Shown here: positions 25,701 to 37,700 of the stretch, piece by piece | Position numbering within the stretch: position 1 is the first letter of the stretch | How the letters are laid out: every line of letters starts with the position of its first letter | Source of the DNA: Squalus acanthias | Lineage: Eukaryota | Direction of reading: 5' to 3' | Assembly (NCBI GenBank): GCA_030390025.1 | Contig: JASTWF010000035.1 | Coordinates: 4,216,001-4,280,000 of the forward strand | DNA length: 64,000 nt | The notes under the pieces: model-generated | What the model saw: only the letters and a program-made list of their open reading frames with translations | What the model was told of the DNA's origin: nothing | The model's database searches: none | Translations under genes and position numbers: made by a program

Positions 25701-28700
25701 TCGGAGGGACAGCACTGAGGGAGCGCCACACTGCCGGAGGGGTAGTACTGAGGGAGCGCTGCCCTGTCGGAGGAGCAGTACTGAGGGAGCGCTGCACTGT
25801 CGGAGGGACAGTACTGAGGGAGCGCTGCACTGTCGGAGGGACAGTAGTGAGGGAGCGCTGCACTGTCGGAGGGGCGGTACTGAGGGAGTGCTGCACTGTC
25901 GGAGGGGCTGTACTGAGGGAGAGCCGCACTGTCGGAGGGGCAGTACTGAGGGAGCACCGCACTGTCGGAGGGGCTGTACTGAGGGAGCGCCGCACTGTCG
26001 GAGGGGCAGTACTGAGGGAGCACTGCACTGTCAGATGGGCAGTACTGAGGGAGCGCTGCACTGTCGGAGGGGCAGTACTGAGGGAGCGCTGCACTGTCAG
26101 ATGGGCAGTACTGAGGGAGCGCCACACTGTCGGAGGGTCAGTACTGAGGGAGCGCTGCACTGTCAGATGGGCAGTACTGAGGGAGCGCTGCACTGTCGGA
26201 GGGGCAGTACTGAGGAAGCGCCGCACTATTGGAGGGGCGGTACTGAGGGAGCGCCGCACTGTCGGGGGGGCAGTACTGAGGGAGCACTGCACTGTCGGAG
26301 GGGCAGTACTGAGGGAGCGCTGCACTGTCGGAGGGGCGGTACTGAGGGAGTGCTGCACTGTCGGAGGGGCAGTACTGAGGGAGCGCCGCACTGTCGGAGG
26401 GGCGGTACTGAGGGAGTGCTGCACTGTCGGAGGGGCAGTACTGAGGGAGCGCCGCACTGTCGGAGGGGCGGTACTGAGGGAGCGCTGCACTGTTGGAGGT
26501 GCCGTCTTTCAGATGAGACGTTAAACCGAGGCCCCGTCTGCTCTCTCAGATGGATGTAAAAGATCCCACGGCACTCTTTTGAAGAAGAGCAGGGGGAGTT
26601 CTCCCCGGTGTCCTGGGCCAATATTTATCCCTCAACCAACACCTTAAAACAGTTTATCTGGTCATTATCCCATTTGTGTTTGTGGGAGCTTGCTGTGCGC
26701 AACTTGGCTGCTGCGTTTCCTATATTACAACAGTGACTGCACTTTAAAAATACTCATTGGTTGTGAAGCGCTTTGAGACGTGCGGTGGTGATGTAAGGGT
26801 CTGTAGAGGCTGAACCAAGCTGTTCGCAACCTTGCTGTTCTACTTGACCCTGAAATGAGCTTCTGATCCTATATCCGCAGCATAACAAAGACCGCCTACT
26901 TCCACCTCCGTAATATCGCCCGTCCCTGCCTCAGCTCATCTGCTGCTGAAACCCTCCCCCATGCCTTTGTTACCTCTGGACTTGACTATTCCAATGTTCT
27001 CCTGGCCGGACTCCCACTTTGCACCCTACATAAACTTGAGCTCATCCCAAACTCAGCTACCTGTATCCTAACTCGCACCAAGTCCCGTTCACCCATCGCC
27101 CCTCTGCTAATTGGCTCCCACTCCGGAAAAGCCTCATTTATGTTGTTTATACAGACTTTCAAAAGGCGTTTGATAAAGGACCACATATTGGACTTGTTAG
27201 CAAAATTAAATCCCTTGGGATTAAAGGGACAGTGGCAGCGTGGATACAAAATTGGCTAAGGGACAGAAAGCAGAGAGTAGTGGTGAACGGTTGTTTTTCA
27301 GACTGGAGTGAAGTATAGAGTGGTGTCCCCAGGGGTCGGTATTAGGGTCACTGCTCTTTCTGATATATGTTAATGACCTGGACTTGGGTATAAACGGCAT
27401 CATTTCAAAGTTTGCAGCCGATACGAAACTCGGAAATGTAGTAAACAATGAGGAGGATAGTAACAGACTTCAGGAGGACAGAGACAGGCTGGTGGAATGG
27501 GCGGACACATGGCAGATGAAATTAAACGCAGAAAAGTGTGAAGTGATGCATTTTGGTAGGAAGAATGAGGAGAGGCAATATAAACTAAATGGTACAATTT
27601 TAAAGTGTGTGCAGGAACAGAGAGACCTGGGGGTGTGTGTACACTAATCTTTGAAGGTGGCAGGACAAGTTGAGAAGGCTGTTAAAAAGGCCTATGGAAT
27701 CCAGGCTTTATATATAGAGGAATAGAGTACACAAGCAAGGAAGTTATGTTAAACCCTTTATAATACACTGGTTAGGCCTCAGCTGGAGTATTTTTTTTTA
27801 TTCATTCCTGGGATGTGGGCGTCGCTGGCATGGCCAGCATTTATTGCCCATCCCTAATTGCCCTTGAGAAGGTGGTGGTGAGCCGCCGCCTTGAACCGCT
27901 GCAGTCCGTGTGGTGAAGGTGCTCCCACAGTGCTGTTAGGGAGGGAGTTCCAGGATTTTGACCCAGCGATGATGAAGGATCAGCGATATATTTCCAAGTG
28001 TGTGACTTGGAGGGGAACTTGGAGGTGGTGGTGTTCCCATGCGCCTGCTGCCCTTGTCCTTCTAGGTGGAAGAGGTCGCGGGTTTGGGAGGTGCTGCCGA
28101 AGAAGCCTTGGTGAGTTGCTGCAGTGCATCTTGTAGATGGTACACAGTGCAGCCACGGTACGCCGGTGGTGGAGGGAGTGAATGTTTAAGGTGGTGGATG
28201 GGGTGCCAATCAAGCGGGCTGCTTTGTCCTGGATGGTGTCGAGCTTCTTGAGTGTTGTTGGAGCTGCATTCATCCAGGCAAGTGGAGAGTATTCCATCAC
28301 ACTCCTTACTTGTGCCTTGTAGATGGTGGAAAGGCTTTGGGGAGTCAGGAGGTGAGACACTCGCCGCAGAATACCCAGCTTCTGACCTGCTCTTGTAGCC
28401 ACAGTATTTATGTGGCTGGTCCAGTTAAGTTTCTGGTTAATGGTGACCCCCAATGTGGTAACACAATACAGCTTCCTGTGACTTGAACTTTATTGCATCA
28501 CTTCCTGTGATTAGTCCAGGATCCAACTAATCAGTCCAGTATTTATCCTGGACTAATCAGTTGGATCCTGGACTAATCACAGGAAGTGATGCAATAAAGT
28601 TCGAGTCACAGGAAGCTGTATTGTGTTACCACACCCAGGATGTTGATAGTGGGAATTCGGCAATGGTAATACCGTTGAATGTCAAAGGGTGGTGGTTAGA

Positions 28701-31700
28701 CGCTCGCTTGTTGGAGATAGTCATTGCCTGGCACTTCTGTGGCGCGAATGTAACCTGCCACTTATCAGCTCAAGCCTGAACGTCGTCCAGGTCTTGTTGC
28801 ATGCGGGCGTGGACTGCTTCATTATCTGAGGAGTTGTGAATGGCACTGAACACTGTGCAGTCATCAGCGAACATCCCCATTTCTGACCTTATGTTGGAGG
28901 GAAGGTCATTGATGAAGCAGCTGAAGATGGTTGGGCCTAGGACACTGCCCTGAGGAACTCATGCAGCGATGCCCTGGGGCCCTGGGATTGACCTCCAACC
29001 ACCACAACCATCTTCCTTTGTGCTAGGTATGACTTCAGCCAGTGGAGCGTTTTCTCCGATTTCCATTGACTTCAGTTTTACTAGGGCTCCTTGATGCCAC
29101 ACTCGGTCAAATGCTGCCTTGATGTCAAGGGCAGTCACTCTCACCTCACCTCTGGAATTCAGCTCCTTTGTCCATGTTTGGACCAAGGCTGTAATGAGGT
29201 CAGTGAGCAGGTTATTGGTGAGTAAGTGCCACTTGATAGCACTGTCGACGACATCTTCCATCACTTTGCTGATGATTGAGAGTAGACTGATGGGGCTATA
29301 ATTGGCCGGGTTGGATTTGTCCTGCTTTTTGTGGACAGGACATACCTGGGCAGTTTTCCACATTGTCGGATGGATGCCAGTGTTGTAGCTGTACTGGAAC
29401 AGCTTGGCTAGAGGCGCGGCTAGTTCTGGAGCACAAGTCTTCAGCACAATAGCCGGGATGTTGTCGGGGCCCATAGCCTTTGCTGCAGCCAACGCACTCA
29501 GCCGTTTCTTGATATCACCTGGAGTGAATCGAATTGGCTGAAGACTGGCTTCTGTGATGGTGGGGACCTCAGGAGGAGGCCGACATGGATCATCCACTCG
29601 GCACTTCTGGCTGAAGATGGTTGCAAACGCTTCAGCCTTGTCTTTTGCACTCACGTGCTGGGCTCCACCATCATTGAGGATCGGGATATTCATGGAGCCT
29701 CCTCCTTGTTTAATGGTCCACCACCATGCACGACTGGATGTGGCAGGACTGCAGAGCTTTGATCTGATCCATTGATTGTGGGATCGCTTAGCCCTGTCTA
29801 TAGCATGCTGCTTCCGCTTTTTAGCATGCAGGTGTGTTCAATTCTGGCCACCACACTTTAGGAAGGATGTGAAGGCTTTAGAGAGGATGCAGAGGAGATT
29901 TACTAGAATGGTTCCAGGGATGAGGGACTTCAGTTGCATGGATAGACTGGAGAAGCTGGGGTTTTTCTCCTTGGAGCAGAAAAGGTTAAGAGGAGATTTG
30001 ATAGAGGTGTTCAAAATCATGAACAGTTTTGATAGAGTAGATAGAGAGAAACTGTTCCCAGTGGCTGAAGGGTCGGTAACCAGAGGAGACAGCTTTAAGG
30101 TGATTGGTAAAAGAACCAGAGGCGAGATGAGGAAATGTATTTTTACACAGCGAGTTGTTGTGACCTGGAATGCGCTGCCTGAAAGGGCGGTGGAAGCAGA
30201 TTCAATAATAACTTTCAAAAGTGAATTGTATAAATACTTGAAGGGAAGAATTTGCAGGGATACGGGGCAAGAGCGGGAGAGTGGGACTGATTGGAGAGCT
30301 CGTTCACAGAGCTGGCACAGGCACCATGGGCTGTATCAGTCTATGGTTCTATGATGTTTTCTGATCAGATATAAGTCTGCGGTTTGCTGCTCGGTTCTGC
30401 CCTGCAACCGACAGGATATTTGTTTTTTCCAACCCTGATAGAGAACTGACTCCACCTGTCAGCATTTACCCTCCACACTAAAGATTTTTACAAATACATT
30501 AAGAGAAAGAGGATGACTGAGAGCAATGTGGTGCCCTTAATGACAGACGCAGGTGATGCTGGAATTGGAAATTGGGAAATGGCAGACTTGCTAATTAGCT
30601 ACTTCACCATATCGGCTGTGGAGAAAGAACAGAAAGACTTGCATTTCTGTAGCGCCTTTCACAGCCCAGAGCGTTTTACAGCCAATGAAGTACTTTCGAA
30701 GTGTAGTCACTGTTGTAATGTAGGAAAGTACCAGAGATACAAGGAAAAATAAAAATAACTCAAGGAGAGGAACTAACTCGATTCAATATAAGTAAAAAAA
30801 AAGTAGTGCTGGGGAAAGTTATAAGATTAAAGAGAGGCAAATCTCCAGGGCCTGCTGGTTTCCACCCCAGGGTATTAAAAGAAGTAGGTGAGGAAATTGT
30901 TGATGTATTAGTCATGATCTTCCAAAACACTCAATTCAGGAATTGTCCCCTTGGGATGGAAACTGCCAACGTCACTCCATTATTTAAGAATGGTAGGAGA
31001 GATAAACCAGGAAATTCTAGGCCTAGTAGTCTAACGTCAGTTGTGGGGAAGTTACCAGAATCTGTTATTAGGGGCAGAGTAACTGAGCATTTGGACAATA
31101 TGAGCTGATCAGGGACAGTCAGCGTGGATTTGTAAAGGGTGAGACATGTCTAACTAACCTAGTTGAATGTTTTGAGGAGATAACGAATGTGCTGGATAAG
31201 GGAGTGTCTGTGCATGTTATTTATATTGGCCTTGGAGGGGGGGCAGCGCAGATTCACCAGAATGCACAGACTAGGCTTGTATTCCCGTGAATGTAGAAGA
31301 TTAAGGGGTGATCTGATCCAGGTGTTTAAGATGATTAAAGGAGTTGATAGGGTCGATGGGGGGAGTCCAGAACAAGGGGCATCGCCTTAAAATTAGAGCC
31401 AGGCCGTTCAGGGGTGATGTCAGGAAGCACTTCTTCACACAAAGGGTGGTGGAAATCTGGAACTCTCTCCCCCAAAAAGCTGTTGAGTGAGGGTCAATTG
31501 AAAATTTCTAAACTGAGATTGAGAGATTTTTGTTGGGCGAGGGTATTAAGGGTTACAGAAGCAAGGCGGGTAAATGGAGTTGAGATACAGCCATGATCTG
31601 ATAGAATGAGAGTGATTGCATTGGAGAGGGTGCAGAGGAGATTCACCAGGATGTTACCTGGGCTGGAGCGCTTCAGCTATGAAGAGAGACTGGACAGGCT

Positions 31701-34700
31701 GGGGTTGTTTTCCTTAGAGCAGAGAAGGCTGATGGGGGACCTGATTGAGGTGTACAAAATTATGAGGGGAATAGATAGGGTAGATAGAAAGGAACTTTTC
31801 CCCTTAGTAGAGGGGTCAATAACCAGGGGGCATAGTTTCAAGGTAAGGGGCAGGAGGTTTAGAGGGGATTTGAGGAAAAACTTTTTCACCCAGAGGGTGG
31901 TTGGAATCTGGAACTCACTGCCTGAAAGGGTGGTGAGGCAGGAACCCTCACAACATTCAAGAAGCATTTAGATGAGCACTTGAAACGCCATAGCATACAA
32001 GGCTACGGACCAAGTGCTGGAAAATGGGATTAGAATAGACAGGGCTTGATGGCCGGTGCAGACACGATGGGCCGAAGGGTCTCTTTCTGTGCTGTATGAC
32101 TCTATCTATGACTCTATCTATGACTCTATCTATGACTCTAATGGCGGAACAGGCTCGAGGGGCTGAATGGCCTCCTCCTGTTCCTGTGTTACTAAATTCT
32201 TTCCTCCCCTGTTCCTCCCCCCGGACAATCTAATCTGGAATGTTGATAGTTTCTGCCTCAGCCACTAACCCTGGGAGTGAATCCACAGCCTCACAACTCT
32301 GTGGGAAGCGGGTTCTCCGGCTCTGTTCTAAATCTCTTACATTTAATCTCGTGTCTCTGGCCTCTCGTTCTAGACCCCCAATTACTGGAAACAGTCTGCT
32401 TCCATCCCCCTGTCCCATCCTTTCATCATTTTAAACACTTCTCTCCCATCGCCCCATAATCTGCGTAATTCCAACAGAAAAAGCCCCAATTCCTCAGGTT
32501 TATATTTACATTAAAACTCATCTCACAGACAGTCCTCCACTTTGAGCCCAGTCTCCCGAGCTCATTGCACTGGTCACCCTACTGGGTTTGGATGTCCACC
32601 TAACGAGAGTCTAAGACTGAGCACTGATTGTTTAATGGTGTGGGATCCTCGGGCTGCTGTGCCTGGTGTCTGACCTCCCTCAGCGATGACTCAAACCCCG
32701 GGGCTTAGTAAGCTGCTGTTTTACTGTCGGCGCTGACAGTTTCATGGTTTAATGTGCGGTTTCTGGTTCCTGGCAGGAAGAACAAGTCAGTGATGAGCTC
32801 TATAAATTGAATAACAGGAAGTGCTCTGAGGCGAGTATTTCTCAGTCAGTGACTCCTGCTCTTGAACTAGTTGAAGCTGTGAATTCTGTTTAAATGGACG
32901 GTTGTAACCACAACGGGGGTGTAAGAATAGAATCTGAGGATGTGTGATAGTGAACAGGGAAATAGGACAGTGAAGAGTGATTAATCATAGCAACCGACCT
33001 CTACAACAGGCCCAGACATGAGCTGAGGAAACCCCCAGTGGGGGAGAGCTTTGGGATCCAGCGGTCCAGACTCACCTGTTCCTCCCGCGCTCGCTGCACT
33101 CCCCACTCACCATGTCTCACATTACTCACATACAGTCTCCCAAAATGTTATTTTCTGAAAGAAATCGAACTTATTTACATATGAATGAATCAATACTAAC
33201 TGCTTCCACTGTCTCCCTGGGGAGGAGCCTGTTCCATAGATTGACCACCCACTCACTGAAATAAAGTTTCTACAACAACATCTTGTATTTATATAGCGCC
33301 TTTAACATAATAAAACGTCCCAAGGCGCTTCACAGGAGTGTTATAAAACAAAACCAAGGATAAATTAGGGCAGGTGACCAAAAGCTTGGTCAAAGAGGTA
33401 GGTTTTAAGGAGCGTCTTAAAGGAGGAAAGAGAGGTAGCGAGGCGGAGAGGTTTAGGGAGGGAATTCCAGAGCTTAGGGCCTCGGCAACAGAAGGCACGG
33501 CCGCCAATGGTTGCTCGAGACCAGAATTGGAGGAGTGTAGATATCTCAGAGGGTTGTGGAGCTGCAGGAGATTAGAGATAGGGAGGGGCCAGGCCATGGA
33601 GAGATTTGAAAACAAGGTGAGAATTTTAAAATTGAGGTGTTGCTTAACTGGGAGCCAATGTAGGTCAGCGAGCACAGGGGTGATGGGCGAACGGGACTTG
33701 GTGCGAGTTAAGACACGGGCAAGTATCCTGGAACCAGGTGAGTGCAGTCCCACCCAGCTGGACGACGGTGGAGAGGCGTTGGAGGAGGATGGTGTGGTGA
33801 ACCGTGTCAAAGGCTGCAGACAATTCGAGAAGGACGAGGAGGGATAGTTTACCTTTGTCACAGTCACAAAGGATGTCATTTGTGACTTTGATGAGAGCTA
33901 TTTTGGTACTATGGCGGGGCGGAAACCTGATTGGAAGGATTCAAATATGGAGTTCCGGGAAAGATGGGCACGGATTTGGGAGGGGACAACATGTTCAAGG
34001 ACTTTGGAGAGGAAAGGGAGGTTGGAGATGGGGTGGTAGTTTGCAAGGACGAAGTGGTCAAGGGTTGGTTTTTTGAGGAGAGGGGTGATGACGGCAGATT
34101 TGAGGGAGAGAGGGACAGTACCTGAGGAGAGAGAACTGTTAACAATGTCAGCTAACATGGGAGCCAGAAAAGGAAGTTGGGTGATCAGCAGTTTGGTGGG
34201 AATAGGGTCAAGGGAGCAGGAAGTGGGTCTCATGGACAAGATGAGCACGGAGAGGTCATGAAGGGAGATCGGAGAGTAACTGGAGGAAGATGCGAGTTCA
34301 GGACTAGGGCAGGGGGAAACCTTGGGGTAAATTTGGGACGGTGGGCTAGGGGAAGGGAGGGAAGTGGCAGAGGCAGCTGAACAGATGGTCTCAATCACAG
34401 AGACAAAGAAGTCCATGAGCTCCTCACACTCACTGATTAGTTTTTAATTGACCCCCCTTCGAGCGCAGGCCGCGTGCTCTGGTCTGACTGTGAACAAGGA
34501 GAAGGACAAGGTCTGATAAGTAGTGCTTTTATTTGTCTCCCTGAGATTGGTCATAAAGCCAAGCATTGAATTATCACTGATTTCCGCACTGTGTAACACA
34601 GCCCAAAGCTGTTTTTGAGAAGATCATTGATGTCTGTTATTATAGTAACTTCCTGTTGCCGTCATGACTCAGTGCAATGGAGAAATGGGCTGGAGATGTG

Positions 34701-37700
34701 GGAGAAAGAAAGACTTGCATTTCTAGCATGACTTTCACGACCTCAGGATGTCCCAAAGTGCTTTACTGCCAATGAAGTACTTTTGAAGTGTAGTCACTGT
34801 TGTAATGCAGGAAACACGGCAGCCAATTTGCGCACAGCAAGCTCCCACAAACAGCAATGTGATAATGACCAGATAATCTGTTTTTGTGACATTGTTTGAG
34901 GGATAAATATTGGCCCCAGGACACCGGGGAGAACTCCCCTGCTCTTCTTCGAAAGAGTGCCGTGGGATCTTTTACATCCACCTGAGAGAGCAGACGGCCT
35001 TAGTTTAACATCTCATCCGAAAAATGCCACCTCCAACAATGCAGCGCTCCCTCAGTTCTGCCCCTCCGACAGTGCAGCACTCCCTCAGTACAGACCCTCC
35101 GACAGTGCAGCACTCCCTCAGTACAGACCCTCCGACAATGCAGCGCTCCCTCAGTACTGCCTCCGACAGTGCGGCGCTCCCTCAGTACTGCCCCTCCGAC
35201 AGTGCAGCACTCCCTCAGTACAGACCCTCCGACAATGCAGCGCTCCCTCAGTACTGTCCCTCCGACAGTGCGGCGCTCCCTCAGTACTGCCTCCGACAGT
35301 GCGGCGCTCCCTCAGTACTGCCCCTCCGACAGTGCGGCGCTCCCTCTGTATTGCCCCTCCGACAGTGCGGCGCTCCCTCAGTACTGCTCCTCCGACAGTG
35401 CGGCGCTCCCTCAGTACTGCCCCTCCGACAGTGCAGCACTCCTTCAGTACTGCCCCTCCGACAGTGCAGCACTCCTTCAGTACTGCCCCTCCGTCAGTGC
35501 GGCGCACCCTCAGTATTGCTCCTCCGACAGTGCAGCACTCCCTCAGTACTGCCCCTCCGACAGTGCAGCACTCCCTCAGTACTGCCCCTCCGACAGTGCA
35601 GCACTCCTTCAGTACTGCCCCTCCGACAGTGCAGCGCTCCCTCAGGACTGCCCCTCCGACAGTGCGGCGCTCCCTCAGTACTGCCCCTCTGACAGTGCGG
35701 CGCACCCTCAGTACAGCCCCTCCAACAGTGCGGCGCACCCTCAGTACAGCCCCTCCGACAGTGCGGCGCTCCCTCAGTACTGCCCCTCCGACAGTGCGGC
35801 ACTCCCTCAGTACTGCCCCTCCGACAGTGCAGCACTCCTTCAGTACTGCCCCTCTGACAGTGCAGCGCTCCCTCAGGACTGCCCCTCCGACAGTGCGGCG
35901 CTCCCTCAGTACTGCCCCTCTGACAGTGCGGCGCTCCCTCAGTATCGCCCCTCCGACAGTGCGGCGCTCCCTCAGTACTGCCCCTCTGACAGTGCGGCGC
36001 TCCCTCAGTACTGCCCCTCTGACAGTGCGGCGCTCCCTCAGTATCGCCCCTCCGACAGTGCGGCGCTCCCTCAGTACTGCCCCTCTGACAGTGCGGCGCT
36101 CCCTCAGTACTGCCCCTCCGACAGTGCGGCGCTCCCTCAGTACTGCCCCTCTGACAGTGCGGCGCTCCCTCAGTACTGCCCCTCTGACAGTGCGGCGCAC
36201 CCTCAGTACTGCCCCTCCGACAGTGCAGCGCTCCCTCAGGACTGCACGAGCAGTGTTGGCCTGGATTATGTGCTCAGGTCTGTGGAGTGGGAGAGGTCTA
36301 CCCACTGAACCACAACTGAGACCTTGAGACATGGCAGGAGCTGAAGTGGAGGAGCCAGGGGACAGGAATTCTCACTTCAGGACAATTGGAATTGTTCTTT
36401 GTGAGTTGGGGGATGAGAAACTGCCACAATTTAACTGCTGTCGCTCAGAAGGGAAGGGGGGAGAGCAGGAGAGCAATAGTTATTGGGGACTCAATAGTCA
36501 GAGGGACAGATCGGAGGTTCTGTGGCAGCAAAAGAGACTCACGGATGGTATGTTGCCTCCCGGGTGCCAGGGTCCGTGACGTCTCGGACCGTGTTTTCAG
36601 AATCCTCAAAGGGGAAGGGGAACAATCACAAGTCGTGGTACACATCGGTACCAACGACATAGGTAGGAGAAGGGACGGGGATTTAAAACAGGAATTTAGG
36701 GAGCTAGGTTGGAAGCTGAGAGCCAGTACAAACCATGTTGTAATTTCTGGTTTGTTGCCGGTGCCACGTGCTAGCGAGTTGAGGAACAGGGAGAGAGTGC
36801 AGATAAACACGTGGCTGCAGGGATGGTGTAGGGGGGAGGGTTTCAGTTATGTGGATAATTGGAGCACATTCTGGGGAAGGTGGGACCTGTACAAACAGGA
36901 CGGTTTGCACCTGAACCAGAGGGGCACCAATATCCTGGGAGGGAAATTTGCTACGGCTCTTCGGGGGGGTTTAAACTAATTTGTCAGGGGGATGGGAAAA
37001 AGGGCTGTAGTCCAGGAGCCAGTGGTGAGTGTAGGGAGGTACTGAGGAGGGTATCAAGGTCGCAGGAATGTACCGGCAGACAGGAAGATGGCTTGAAGTG
37101 TGTCTACTTCAATGCAAGGAGCATCCGGAATAAGGTAGGAGAACTTGGAGCGTGGATTGGTACTTGGGACTACGATGTGGTGGCCATTACGGAGACATGG
37201 TTAGAACAGGGACAGGAATGGTTGTTGGAAGTTCCGGGGTATAGATGTTTCAGTAAGAGTAGGGAAGTTGGTAAGAAAGGTGGAGGAGTAGCATTGTTAA
37301 TCAAGGATAGTATAACAGCGGCAGAAAGGCAGTTCGAGGGGGATCTGCCATCTGAGGTAATATGGGCTGAAGTTAGGAAAGGAGCGGTCACGTTGTTAGG
37401 AGTTTTCTACAGGCCCCCAAATAGTAATAGAGATGTGGAGGAAGAAATTGCAAAGCAGATTATGAATAGGTGTGGAGGTCACAGAGTAGTTGTCATGGGT
37501 GACTTCAACTTTCCAAATATTGATTGGAACCTTTATAGGTCAAACAGTTCGGATGGGATAGTTTTTGCACAGTGTGTGCAGGAGGGTTTCCTGACACAAT
37601 ATGTGGATAGGCCGACAAGAGCTGGGGCCACGTTGGATTTGGTACTGGGTAATGAATCGGGCCAAGTGTTTGATTTGTATGTGGGAGAGCACTTTGGAGA

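Noticed and set aside
23767..26621. Long ORFs up to 624 aa ([11 protein letters not shown], mucin-like STAPPTV) and equivalents at 34957-36332
   Set aside because: Open on both strands and in several frames because the 33-bp unit lacks stops in those frames; the unit is SINE-derived.
32490..33200. Unique sequence as an additional exon (also 39955-40230 and 22090-22495)
   Set aside because: No recognisable protein similarity, and exons 3 and 4 already join seamlessly as ERNE-QLI; a regulatory role cannot be judged from sequence alone.
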